This document shows positions 47,972-57,742 of a stretch of DNA of 64,000 nt, piece after piece. Under the pieces are notes generated by a model. That model saw only the letters and a list, made by a program, of their open reading frames with translations, did not search any database and was not told the origin of the DNA. Numbering within the stretch: position 1 is the stretch's first letter; each line of letters begins with the position of its first letter. Source of the stretch: an uncultured Merdimonas sp. (GTDB taxonomy: Bacteria; Bacillota; Clostridia; Lachnospirales; Lachnospiraceae); NCBI GenBank assembly GCA_944375745.1, contig CALWAV010000075.1:7826-71825 (forward strand), in the 5' to 3' direction. The translations under genes and the position numbers were made by a program.

Positions 47972-48646
47972 ATGGGATTTCAAGATGTTTTTAAAAACTC
48001 ATTTCTGGAGGGATTTACCAGTATGGATATTTCGGCCGGAAGGATCATGGCTACCTTTCTGGTAACCTGTATTCTGGCCTGCTATATTTTCCTGATCTAC
48101 CGGCTGATGACCCGGAAATCCTTTTATTCCAAAGGATTTAATGTGGCTATGGCGGCCATTTCCGTGATTACGGCGGCAATCATTCTGGCCATGCAGTCCA
48201 ACCTGGTAATTTCTCTTGGTATGGTCGGTGCTCTGTCCATTGTCCGTTTCCGTACGGCTATCAAGGATCCGATGGATCTGGTATTCCTGTTCTGGTCTAT
48301 CAGCATCGGAATTATCTGCGGAGCCGGCCTCTATGAGGTGGCGCTTCTGACCTGCCTTGTGGTAACGGTGCTGGTACTGGTGCTGGAGAATATCCCGGCT
48401 TCCAGAGCGCCTATGATGCTGGTGGTCAATCTTTCCGACGCGGACAGAGAGTCTCAGATTCTGGACACGGTAAAAAAATACAGCCGTTATTATAAGGTCA
48501 GATCCCGCAATGTATCCGGCGGCAGCATGGATATGATCGTGGAAGTGCGCGTAAAAGAAGAAAGCGCTTTTGTAAAAGAAATCTGCGCTTTGGATTTTGT
48601 GCAGTCCGCGTCTCTTATCGCCCATGACGGCGAAGTGACCTTTTAG
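47972..48646 (+). CDS. DUF4956 membrane protein
   Basis: SLGMVGALSIVRFRTAIKDP signature; several TM helices plus a small soluble C-domain. Confidence 0.9.
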   Translation: MGFQDVFKNSFLEGFTSMDISAGRIMATFLVTCILACYIFLIYRLMTRKSFYSKGFNVAMAAISVITAAIILAMQSNLVISLGMVGALSIVRFRTAIKDPMDLVFLFWSISIGIICGAGLYEVALLTCLVVTVLVLVLENIPASRAPMMLVVNLSDADRESQILDTVKKYSRYYKVRSRNVSGGSMDMIVEVRVKEESAFVKEICALDFVQSASLIAHDGEVTF

Positions 48647-48655
48647 GAGCGTTTC

Positions 48656-50110
48656 ATGGGAAAACTGACAGGATTATGGGGGCGCGGCTGGCGCTTTATG
48701 CGGCAGTACGGGGCGGTCCGCCTGTGGCGCAAGGTGAAGGAACGGGAGGACAGAAACCGGGCAGAGCGGGACTATGAAAGCTGGCTGGCCGGCTGTCTCC
48801 CGGATGAAGAGGAGACGGAGAGACAGAAATCAGCGGTATTTTCCTTCTCCCCTCTTATCAGCATCCTGGTGCCGGCCTATGAGACGCCGGAGCCTTTCCT
48901 TCGGCAGATGATGGATTCGGTGCTGGAGCAGAGCTACGGAAAGCTTGAACTGTGTATCGCGGACGGAAGTCCCTCGGACAGAGTCCGGCGCGCGGCAGAA
49001 GAGTATGCCCGCCGGGATTCCCGGGTGCGTTATCAGAAGCTGGAGAAAAATCTCGGAATTTCAGAAAATACAAACGCTGCTCTTGCCATGGCGCAGGGAG
49101 AATATGTGGGCCTTCTGGATCATGATGATCTGCTGCTTCCGGGGGCCCTGTTTGAGATCGTCCGGGTATTGAATGAAGGGGAGCCGGCAGACGCGGTCTA
49201 TACGGATGAGGATAAATTTGATCCGGACAAAAACTGCCATTTTCAGCCCAATTTCAAGCCGGATTTCAATCTGGAATATTTGAGAAGCAATAATTACATC
49301 TGCCATTTCTTTGCGGTAAAGCGGGAGACTGCCCTGGCGGCAGGAGGATTCCGCCGGGAATTTGACGGGGCCCAGGATCACGATTTCATATTCCGGTGTA
49401 CGGAAAAGGCCCGGAAGGTGGTCCACATTCCGAAGGTTTTGTATTCCTGGCGCTGCCACGCCTCTTCCACAGCGAACAATCCCGAAAGCAAGCTTTATGC
49501 ATATGAGTCGGGAAAACGGGCGGTCGCGGCCCATCTGGAACGCTCCGGAACCCCTGGAATCGTGTGGGATACGGAAAATTATGGATTTTTTCGGGTGCAG
49601 TATCCGGGATCTTCAGAATTCTTCATAAAATCTTTTGAAAAATTTGATGGACAAACGGGTATAAACGTTGTATATTATGATAAGGCATGTAATAATTCTG
49701 TAACAATTTTTGGAGAGGAAGATTATGTGCTTTTTACCTGTGTCCGCAGAGGAAGGATCAATAGGGGGTTCTTCCGGGAACTCCTTGCCTGCTGTCAAAG
49801 AAGGGACGCGGGCATGGCCTGTGCCAGAGTCTACGGAAAAGACAAAAGGCTGCGCTGTGATATTTCCATGGAGGGAGTACACGATCCCTTTTCCAGTGGG
49901 CTGAAAGGGCTGAAGGCCGGATATACCGGTTATTTTCACAGGGCCCTTCTGCAGCAGGAGCTGGAAAGCCCCACAGACTGTTTCCTGATTCGAAGGGAGC
50001 TTCTGGGGGACGGCCAGACCGTATCTGTTCCGGAGCTGTGCGCACAGCTGAAAGAAAAAGGGTATCATATCTATTATGAGCCGTGGGCGGTGATGTATGA
50101 AAGCAGGTGA
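48656..50110 (+). CDS. GT2 glycosyltransferase with degenerate second domain
   Basis: ELCIADGS, LDHDD, YTDEDK and GAQDHD motifs; the C-terminal half lacks clear GT2 motifs. Confidence 0.85.
   Translation: MGKLTGLWGRGWRFMRQYGAVRLWRKVKEREDRNRAERDYESWLAGCLPDEEETERQKSAVFSFSPLISILVPAYETPEPFLRQMMDSVLEQSYGKLELCIADGSPSDRVRRAAEEYARRDSRVRYQKLEKNLGISENTNAALAMAQGEYVGLLDHDDLLLPGALFEIVRVLNEGEPADAVYTDEDKFDPDKNCHFQPNFKPDFNLEYLRSNNYICHFFAVKRETALAAGGFRREFDGAQDHDFIFRCTEKARKVVHIPKVLYSWRCHASSTANNPESKLYAYESGKRAVAAHLERSGTPGIVWDTENYGFFRVQYPGSSEFFIKSFEKFDGQTGINVVYYDKACNNSVTIFGEEDYVLFTCVRRGRINRGFFRELLACCQRRDAGMACARVYGKDKRLRCDISMEGVHDPFSSGLKGLKAGYTGYFHRALLQQELESPTDCFLIRRELLGDGQTVSVPELCAQLKEKGYHIYYEPWAVMYESR
49648..49704 (+). 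promoter_or_regulatory. Candidate intragenic promoter and WalR-type direct repeat
   Basis: TGGACA, 17 nt, TATATT; TGTAAT-N5-TGTAAC at 49688-49704; sits in an AT-rich patch inside a GC-rich ORF. Confidence 0.5.
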
Positions 50111-51056
50111 ACAGGTATCCATCGTGATACCGAATTACAACGGAATGGCTTTTATAGAGGCCTGCCTGAGGGCTCTTGCCGCAGACGCTCCCGAAGCCGA
50201 GATCCTGGTGGTGGACAATGGTTCCTCTGATGGAAGCCGGGAGCTTGTGAGGGAGAAATTTCCGGAGGTCCGTCTGATCGCTCTTGATCAGAATTACGGA
50301 TTTCCCAGAGCGGTCAATGAAGGAATCCGGGCGTCTGCGCGTCCTTATGTGATTCTGCTGAATAATGATACAGAAGTGCTTCCGGGTTTTACGGAAGCGC
50401 TGGAGAAGGCGCTTTCGGCGGATAAACGGGCGTTTTCCGCCCAGGCAAAGCTGATCTCTCAGCATGATCCGGGAAAAATTGACGATGCAGGCAATTTTTA
50501 CTGTGCTCTTGGATGGGCTTTCGCGAGAGGAAAGGACCGGCCGGTGGAATACTATGAAAAGCCGGACAGAATCTTCGCAGCCTGCGCGGGAGCGGCAATT
50601 TACCGGAAATCTGTCTTTGAACAGATTGGATATTTCGATGAAGCGCACTTCGCCTATCTGGAGGATATTGATGTGGGCTTCCGGGCCCGGATTGCCGGTT
50701 TCCGGAATCTGTATGTTCCGGCGGCAAAGGTTCTTCATGCGGGGAGCGGCACCAGCGGTTCCCGGTATAATGAATTCAAGGTAACCTTGAGCTCGCGGAA
50801 CAGTGTATGGCTGATTCGGAAGAATTTTCCTTTCCTTCAGATGGTTCTGAATCTTCCCTTTCTTCTGGCGGGCTTTGGGGTAAAATACCTGTTTTTCCTG
50901 AAAAAAGGGTTCGGAGGCCTTTATGCGAAAGGTCTGCTTGAGGGGCTTCGGACACAGGGGAAAAGCGGCAGGGTAAAGTTTTATTGGAAAAACCTGCCCT
51001 CCTATGTTAAAATTCAGATAGAATTGTGGATAAATATCGCAAGAAGATTTGGGTGA
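50097..51056 (+). CDS. GT2 glycosyltransferase (rhamnosyltransferase-like)
   Basis: IPNYNG, VDNGSSDGS, LLNNDT and YLEDID motifs. Confidence 0.9.
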   Translation: MKAGEQVSIVIPNYNGMAFIEACLRALAADAPEAEILVVDNGSSDGSRELVREKFPEVRLIALDQNYGFPRAVNEGIRASARPYVILLNNDTEVLPGFTEALEKALSADKRAFSAQAKLISQHDPGKIDDAGNFYCALGWAFARGKDRPVEYYEKPDRIFAACAGAAIYRKSVFEQIGYFDEAHFAYLEDIDVGFRARIAGFRNLYVPAAKVLHAGSGTSGSRYNEFKVTLSSRNSVWLIRKNFPFLQMVLNLPFLLAGFGVKYLFFLKKGFGGLYAKGLLEGLRTQGKSGRVKFYWKNLPSYVKIQIELWINIARRFG

Positions 51057-51062
51057 GAGAGA

Positions 51063-52472
51063 TTGATTAAGGACAACCAGCGCTATTTTAACCGGCTGCA
51101 TGTGCTGATAGACGCCTGCATCATCGCGGTGTCTTATATGCTGGCCTGGTCCGTGCAGTTCCAGCTGCTGGATAATGTGTCAGGTTATGTATTCAGGCAT
51201 TATATGAGCGTGCTCATTTATCTGGTGCCTGGTTATCTGATCCTGTATGCGGCCTTTGGACTGTATACGACCAGAAGCGTGCGCAGAAAACGGGTAGAGG
51301 CCGAGAAGATCGTTCAGGCCAATGTGGTGGGCATCGTGCTGTTTATGACAGCCATGTTCTTCTTCCGGCAGGATACAAACTTTACGAACAACTTCTCCCG
51401 TCTGATGCTGGCCTGGTTTTTCCTGATCAACGTCACGCTGGAGTGCCTGTTCCGTTATGTTATCCGTGTAGCCCTTCAGCATATCCGCCAGAAGGGTTTC
51501 AATCAGAAGCATATGATTCTGGTGGGCTACAGCCGCGCGGCGGAGGAGTATATCGACCGCATCAAGGCAAATCCCGAATGGGGCTATGATATCATGGGCA
51601 TTCTGGACGACAATGTCCAGTGCGGCATGAAATACCGGGGCGTGGAAGTTTTTGGCCGCACCGAAGAGATAGCGGAGGTGCTGGAGCGCGCGAAACCGGA
51701 TGAGATTGCCATTACGCTGGGCTTAAGCGAGTATTCGAAGCTGGAGCATATTGTGGCGGTCTGCGAGAAATCCGGCGTGCATACAAAGTTTATTCCGGAT
51801 TACAATAATATTATTCCCACACGGCCTTATACGGAAGATCTGATGGGGCTTCCGGTCATTAATATCCGGCATGTGCCTCTGACAAACACCTTCAACGCGT
51901 TTGTCAAGAGAACCATGGATCTGGTGGGAGCGGTCTGCGCGATTATTATATTTTCGCCGGTGATGCTGGTGACGGCCATTGCCATCAAGCTGACTTCCCC
52001 GGGACCGCTGATCTACACCCAGGAGCGAGTAGGCCTTCATAACAGGACCTTCCGGATGTACAAGTTCCGTTCCATGGACGTGCAGTCCCCCAAAAAGGAA
52101 AGAGGAGCCTGGACAGTGCCGGATGATCCGAGAGTCACAAAGGTGGGGAAAATTATCCGGAAGACCAGCATTGACGAGCTTCCGCAGCTTTTTAATATCT
52201 TAAAAGGGGATATGAGTCTGGTAGGACCGCGTCCGGAACGCCCGTTTTTCGTGGAGAAGTTCCGGGAGGAAATCCCGCGCTATATGATTAAACACCAGGT
52301 GCGTCCGGGTATGACCGGCTGGGCACAGATTAACGGCTACAGAGGAAATACTTCCATCCGCAAGAGGATAGAATACGATCTTTATTACATTGAGAACTGG
52401 ACGCTGGGGTTTGATATAAAAATCTTATTTCTGACAATTTTCAAAGGCTTTATCAACAAGAATGCCTATTAA
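51063..52472 (+). CDS. Undecaprenyl-phosphate hexose-1-phosphate (priming) transferase, WcaJ/CpsE-like
   Basis: KRTMD, KFRSM, DELPQL, MSLVGPRPE and PGMTGWAQ motifs; TTG start. Confidence 0.93.
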   Translation: MIKDNQRYFNRLHVLIDACIIAVSYMLAWSVQFQLLDNVSGYVFRHYMSVLIYLVPGYLILYAAFGLYTTRSVRRKRVEAEKIVQANVVGIVLFMTAMFFFRQDTNFTNNFSRLMLAWFFLINVTLECLFRYVIRVALQHIRQKGFNQKHMILVGYSRAAEEYIDRIKANPEWGYDIMGILDDNVQCGMKYRGVEVFGRTEEIAEVLERAKPDEIAITLGLSEYSKLEHIVAVCEKSGVHTKFIPDYNNIIPTRPYTEDLMGLPVINIRHVPLTNTFNAFVKRTMDLVGAVCAIIIFSPVMLVTAIAIKLTSPGPLIYTQERVGLHNRTFRMYKFRSMDVQSPKKERGAWTVPDDPRVTKVGKIIRKTSIDELPQLFNILKGDMSLVGPRPERPFFVEKFREEIPRYMIKHQVRPGMTGWAQINGYRGNTSIRKRIEYDLYYIENWTLGFDIKILFLTIFKGFINKNAY

Positions 52473-52499
52473 ATGTTGGGAAACAGAAAGGGTTATGTT

Positions 52500-53693
52500 A
52501 TGGCAGCCAATACAAAAGGCAGAAATGCGAAAAAGAGAAAAGAAAGCTATCAGGAACACGGAACACGCAGAGAGCGGGATGAATACGGCGAATATAAACT
52601 AAGCCGCAAAGACCGGAAAAAGCTGAAGAAAGCGAAGCGCAGGAAAAAACTGATTGCTATTCTGGCAGTGGAGTTTGTGCTGATTCTGGTTTTGGGCGTC
52701 TGTGTGTTTGGACTGAGCAAGCTTGACAAGATGCAGAATCTGGGCATTGCTGCCGGAGATGTGGGAATGAATGAGGATATGGACGCGGATACGGCAGCTC
52801 TTCTGAAAGGATACACCAATATTGCTCTGTTTGGAATTGATACCAGAGAGATTGGGGATCTGGGAGCGGGAAACCGAAGCGACACCATGATTATCGCAAG
52901 TATCAATAATGAGACCAAGGAAGTGCGGCTGATGTCCGTCTACCGCGATACTTATCTGAACCGGGCTGATGACACATATGGAAAATGCAACGCGGCCTAT
53001 TCCAAGGGAGGCCCCAAGCAGGCCATGGAGATGCTGAATACGAACCTGGATCTGAATATCCAGTATTATGTGAGCATTGATTTCGTGGCCCTGATTAAAA
53101 CCATCGATATCCTGGGCGGCGTGGAGATAGATGTGCAGGATAACGAGTGGGAGTGGGTCAACGCCTACATGTATGAGACCACAGAGGTTTCCGAGGATTA
53201 TCTGGATCATTACAGTCCGTTCCTGGAAGGACCGGGTCTGCAGACTCTGGACGGACTGCAGGCGACTTCATACTGCCGGATCCGTGCCGTTGGTGATGAT
53301 TATGGCCGGACAGAGCGGCAGCGTACAGTAATCAGCCAGATTGTGGAAAAGGCGAAGACCGCAGGTATCGGAAAGATTATTGAGATCATTGACGAGGTGT
53401 TCCCGCTGGTGGCTACCAATATTCCGAAGACTACCATGGTGAGCCTGGCATCCAGCATGATGTCTTATGAGCTGGGTGAAAGCAGCGGCTTCCCGAGCAT
53501 GCGGGAAAATGCGAGAATCGATGGACAGGATGCCATTATTCCTGCCGATCTGGTGGCGAATGTGACAGAACTGCATCAGTTCCTGTTTGATGAGGATGAT
53601 TATTATCCCTCACCGACTGTGCTGGAGATCAATGAGAAAATCATATCAGATACAGGAGTTACGGCGCAGGAGACTGACAGCAGCAGTGAATAG
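52500..53693 (+). CDS. LytR-CpsA-Psr (LCP) glycopolymer ligase
   Basis: Basic tail plus TM helix; NIALFGID, RSDTMI, SVYRD and DYGRTERQR motifs. Confidence 0.93.
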   Translation: MAANTKGRNAKKRKESYQEHGTRRERDEYGEYKLSRKDRKKLKKAKRRKKLIAILAVEFVLILVLGVCVFGLSKLDKMQNLGIAAGDVGMNEDMDADTAALLKGYTNIALFGIDTREIGDLGAGNRSDTMIIASINNETKEVRLMSVYRDTYLNRADDTYGKCNAAYSKGGPKQAMEMLNTNLDLNIQYYVSIDFVALIKTIDILGGVEIDVQDNEWEWVNAYMYETTEVSEDYLDHYSPFLEGPGLQTLDGLQATSYCRIRAVGDDYGRTERQRTVISQIVEKAKTAGIGKIIEIIDEVFPLVATNIPKTTMVSLASSMMSYELGESSGFPSMRENARIDGQDAIIPADLVANVTELHQFLFDEDDYYPSPTVLEINEKIISDTGVTAQETDSSSE

Positions 53694-53751
53694 AGGCTGC
53701 CCGGGCTGGCCTGCCTTTGACAGGGCGCCGGCAGCAGAGACATAAGAGGAA

Positions 53752-53789
53752 GAAATGGACGGGGAATATGTATGCCTCGTCCATTTTTC
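53752..53789 (+). terminator. Hairpin with T-tract after the LCP gene
   Basis: gaaatggacgggg ... cctcgtccattttt. Confidence 0.6.
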
Positions 53790-53806
53790 AGGATTGGAGA
53801 AGAAAG

Positions 53807-54727
53807 ATGAAAATCGATGTGATTATCCCTGTACACAGGCCAGGCCCGGAATTTGCAGAGCTTTTGAGACGGCTTCAGGGGCAGCTTATGCCTGTGAATC
53901 AGATTCTGGTGATGAATACCCGCTCAGAGACAGATGTGGAAAAGATGCTGGAGGGCTTTTCCGGGGTCCGGGTGGTGTCTCTGGATAAAAAAGAATTTGA
54001 CCATGGAGGAACCAGAGACCGGGGAGCCAGGCTTTCAGAGGCGGATTATCTGCTGTTCCTGACCCAGGACGCGCTTCCGGCGGACCGGCATCTGACGGAG
54101 CGTCTGTATGAAGCCTTTGGGGATAAGAGAGTAAAGGCGGCCTACGCCCGGCAGCTGCCCCGGGAAGACTGCAGGGAGCTGGAACGGTATACGAGGGCTT
54201 TTAATTATCCGGAGGAAAGCCGGGTCAAGACAAAAGAAGATCTGCCGGAGCTGGGCATCAAGACCTTTTTCTGCTCCAATGTGTGCGCCATGTATGAGCG
54301 GGAGACCTATCTGGCCCAGGGCGGTTTCCAGACCCGGACAATTTTTAATGAGGACATGATCTATGCGGGCGGCCTGATTAAAAGCGGATACGCCATCGCC
54401 TACGCGGCAGAGGCCAGGGTGATCCATTCCCATAATTACAGCGGACGGGAACAGTTTCACCGGAACTTTGATCTGGCAGTCTCCCAGGCGGAGCATCCGG
54501 AGATCTTTGCGGGAGTTCCGTCAGAAGGGGAGGGGATCCGCATGGTAAAAAAGACGGCGGCCCATTGTCTGCGCATCAGAAAGCCCTGGCTTCTGGTGTC
54601 TCTGGTCTGGCAGAGCGGCTGCAAGTATCTGGGCTACCGTCTGGGACTGGCATATAAGAAGCTTCCCCGCTGGCTGGTGCTTTGCTGTACCATGAACCGG
54701 GGATACTGGAATCAGGACAGAAAGTGA
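53807..54727 (+). CDS. GT2 rhamnosyltransferase-like glycosyltransferase
   Basis: FDHGGTR, LTQDA, YARQLP, NEDM and HSHNY motifs. Confidence 0.88.
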   Translation: MKIDVIIPVHRPGPEFAELLRRLQGQLMPVNQILVMNTRSETDVEKMLEGFSGVRVVSLDKKEFDHGGTRDRGARLSEADYLLFLTQDALPADRHLTERLYEAFGDKRVKAAYARQLPREDCRELERYTRAFNYPEESRVKTKEDLPELGIKTFFCSNVCAMYERETYLAQGGFQTRTIFNEDMIYAGGLIKSGYAIAYAAEARVIHSHNYSGREQFHRNFDLAVSQAEHPEIFAGVPSEGEGIRMVKKTAAHCLRIRKPWLLVSLVWQSGCKYLGYRLGLAYKKLPRWLVLCCTMNRGYWNQDRK

Positions 54728-54742
54728 GTGAAGGAGAGAACA

Positions 54743-55981
54743 GTGGCGGATTTATATAAAAATCAGGAGACAGAGGAAAAGGTCATTCTCATAGGAGTCA
54801 GCATCCAGGAGGAAGATATGGAGGCTTCCCTGGATGAGCTGGCAGAACTGGCGGATACTGCAGGCGCCATCGTTCTGGGGCGCGTGATTCAGAACAGGGA
54901 AGCCATTCATCCCGGGACCTATATCGGAAAAGGAAAGATAGAGGAAGTGCGCCTTCTGGCAGAGGAGCTTGGGGCGGACGGCGTGATCTGCGATGACGAG
55001 CTTTCTCCCGCCCAGCTGCGGAATTTGGAAAAGGAGCTGGATCTGAAGGTGATGGACCGCACCCTGGTGATTCTGGATATTTTCGCGAAGCACGCAGTCA
55101 CAAGCGAGGGAAAGCTTCAGGTGGAGATGGCCCAGCTGGGCTACCGGCTGGCCCGTCTTTCCGGCCTTGGAAAGTCTCTGTCCCGTCTGGGCGGAGGAAT
55201 CGGCACGAGAGGACCTGGAGAAAAGAAGCTGGAGACAGACAGAAGGCTTATCAAAAGCCGTATGGCCAGGCTCAGACGGGAACTGACAGAGATGCAGACG
55301 CACCGGGACACAGCCAGAAAACAGAGAATGGAAAGGGCTCTGCCCACAGCGGCCATCGTGGGCTATACGAACGCGGGCAAATCCACGCTTCTGAATGCTC
55401 TCACCGGCGCCGATATTCTGGCTGAGAACAAGCTTTTTGCCACGCTGGATCCAACCACCCGGCGTATGACCCTGCCGGGAGGACAGGAGCTGCTGCTTAC
55501 GGACACGGTAGGCTTTATCCGGAAGCTGCCCCACCATCTGGTGGAGGCATTCAAAAGCACCCTGGAGGAAGCCAGGTACGCGGATTTTATCATTCATGTG
55601 GTGGACAGCTCCAATCCTCAGATGGAGACACAGATGGAAACTGTCTATGAGACTCTTGAGGAGCTGGGGATTACAGGAAAGACAGTTATCACGCTTTTCA
55701 ATAAGCGGGATCTGACACCGGGGATGGAATTGCCCAAGGATCTGAGGGCCAGCCGGACGCTGGGGATCTCCGCGGCCTCCGGGGAAGGGCTGGAAGAGCT
55801 CCGGGCTCTGCTGGAGGATATTTTGAAGGAGAGCCGGGTGCTGTTGGAAAGAGTATATCCTTATGCCCAGGCCGGGGATATTTCCCGGATCCGGAAGTAC
55901 GGACAGATTCTGGAGGAGGAATACAGAGGAGACGGAATCCGCGTCCGGGCCTGGGTTCCGAAGGGCATTTCCCAAGCTTGA
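54743..55981 (+). CDS. hflX: Ribosome-splitting GTPase HflX
   Basis: GTRGPGEKKLE, GYTNAGKST, LFATLD, DTVGFI and NKRD motifs; GTG start after AAGGAG. Confidence 0.95.
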   Translation: MADLYKNQETEEKVILIGVSIQEEDMEASLDELAELADTAGAIVLGRVIQNREAIHPGTYIGKGKIEEVRLLAEELGADGVICDDELSPAQLRNLEKELDLKVMDRTLVILDIFAKHAVTSEGKLQVEMAQLGYRLARLSGLGKSLSRLGGGIGTRGPGEKKLETDRRLIKSRMARLRRELTEMQTHRDTARKQRMERALPTAAIVGYTNAGKSTLLNALTGADILAENKLFATLDPTTRRMTLPGGQELLLTDTVGFIRKLPHHLVEAFKSTLEEARYADFIIHVVDSSNPQMETQMETVYETLEELGITGKTVITLFNKRDLTPGMELPKDLRASRTLGISAASGEGLEELRALLEDILKESRVLLERVYPYAQAGDISRIRKYGQILEEEYRGDGIRVRAWVPKGISQA

Positions 55982-56045
55982 CTATCCGGGGTGTTTAAGG
56001 TACATTTATTTTAAGACGGAAAACAATTCCAAGGAGGATATCAAT

Positions 56046-56972
56046 ATGATTAACAAACTGATTGCGAAGATTCAGAAGACAAAGGCGCCCATCGTGGTGG
56101 GACTGGACCCGATGCTCTCTTATATTCCGGAGCATATTCAGAAAAAAGCCTTTGAAGAGTACGGAGAGACGCTGGAAGGAGCGGCAGAGGCCATCTGGCA
56201 GTTCAATAAGGAGATTGTGGATAAGACCTATGATCTGATTCCGGCTGTGAAGCCCCAGATTGCCATGTATGAGCAGTTCGGCATCGAGGGACTGAAAGCC
56301 TACAAGAAAACCATCGATTACTGCAAGTCCAAGGATCTGGTTGTGATTGGCGACATTAAGCGGGGAGATATCGGTTCCACTTCCGCCGCCTACGCGGTGG
56401 GCCATCTGGGCAAAGTTCAGGTGGGAAGCAAGTTTTATGTGCCCTTTGATGAAGATTTCGCTACGGTGAATCCTTACCTTGGAAGCGACGGCGTAAAGCC
56501 CTTTATCGAGGTATGCCAGGAGGAAGGAAAGGGAATCTTTGTGCTGGTGAAGACCTCCAATCCCTCCAGCGGAGAGTTCCAGGATCAGCTGGTGGACGGC
56601 CGTCCCCTTTATGAGCTGGTCGGCGAGAAGGTGGCCCAGTGGGGAGAAGAGCACATGGGCGATACCTACAGCTATGTGGGCGCCGTAGTGGGAGCGACCT
56701 ATCCGGAGATGGGCGCTGTCCTCCGGAAGCTGATGCCGAAGACCTTTATCCTGGTGCCCGGATATGGTGCCCAGGGAGGAAAGGGAAAGGATTTGGTGAA
56801 TTTCTTCAACGAGGACGGACTGGGAGCCATCGTAAATTCCTCCAGAGGAATCATTGCCGCCTACAAGCAGGAAAAATACGCTTCCTTCGGAGCGGAGAAT
56901 TTCGGCGATGCGGCAAGAGCGGCGGTAGAGGACATGGCTGCGGATATCAGCCAGGCATTGGAGGCACGGTAA
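56046..56972 (+). CDS. pyrF: Orotidine-5'-phosphate decarboxylase
   Basis: VGLDP, KPQIA, DIKRGDIGST, VGAT, PGYGAQGG and NSSR motifs. Confidence 0.95.
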   Translation: MINKLIAKIQKTKAPIVVGLDPMLSYIPEHIQKKAFEEYGETLEGAAEAIWQFNKEIVDKTYDLIPAVKPQIAMYEQFGIEGLKAYKKTIDYCKSKDLVVIGDIKRGDIGSTSAAYAVGHLGKVQVGSKFYVPFDEDFATVNPYLGSDGVKPFIEVCQEEGKGIFVLVKTSNPSSGEFQDQLVDGRPLYELVGEKVAQWGEEHMGDTYSYVGAVVGATYPEMGAVLRKLMPKTFILVPGYGAQGGKGKDLVNFFNEDGLGAIVNSSRGIIAAYKQEKYASFGAENFGDAARAAVEDMAADISQALEAR

Positions 56973-57742
56973 TGAAATATCAAGAGACGGCTGTCATTGC
57001 GGAGCAGCAGGAAATAGCGGAACATATCTACAGCCTTTGGCTGAAGGCGGATAAAATCGCCCGGGAAGCACGGCCCGGCCAGTTTGTGTCGGTCTACTGC
57101 CGGGACGAGAGCAGACTGCTCCCCCGTCCCATCAGCATCTGCGAGATTGATAAGGAAGGCGGCAGGCTGCGCCTGGTCTACCGGACCGCAGGGGCTGGTA
57201 CAAGAGAGTTTTCCAGGCTTGCGGCGGGAGACAGCCTGGAGCTGGTAGGCCCCCTGGGAAATGGATTCCCGCTGGATAAGGGCTATCGTAAGGTCCTTCT
57301 GGTGGGCGGCGGAATCGGCGTTCCGCCCATGGTGGAGCTGGCGAAATGGCTTCCCGGAGAGAAGATGACTGTATCAGGATACCGGAACGGAGATCTGTTC
57401 CTGAAGGAGGAGCTGTCCCGGAATTCCGCCCTTTATATTGCCACAGAAGACGGAAGTGTGGGAACAAAGGGAAATGTGCTGGACGCCATCCGGGAGAATC
57501 ATCTGGAAGCAGACGCCATCTTTGCCTGTGGACCTTCTCCCATGCTGAAGGCGCTGAAGGCCTATGCGGAAGAGATGGGCATGGACTGTTACCTGTCGCT
57601 GGAAGAGCGGATGGCCTGCGGCATCGGAGCCTGTCTGGCCTGCGTCTGCACCTCCAAGGATGTGGATGCCCATACCAATGTGAAAAATAAACGGATCTGC
57701 AAGGACGGACCGGTCTTTGCCGCGGAGGAGATTGAATTATGA
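56972..57742 (+). CDS. pyrK: Dihydroorotate dehydrogenase electron-transfer subunit
   Basis: RPISI, GPLGNGF, GGGIG, CGP, MACGIGACLAC and CKDGPVF motifs; TAATG coupling. Confidence 0.94.
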   Translation: MKYQETAVIAEQQEIAEHIYSLWLKADKIAREARPGQFVSVYCRDESRLLPRPISICEIDKEGGRLRLVYRTAGAGTREFSRLAAGDSLELVGPLGNGFPLDKGYRKVLLVGGGIGVPPMVELAKWLPGEKMTVSGYRNGDLFLKEELSRNSALYIATEDGSVGTKGNVLDAIRENHLEADAIFACGPSPMLKALKAYAEEMGMDCYLSLEERMACGIGACLACVCTSKDVDAHTNVKNKRICKDGPVFAAEEIEL

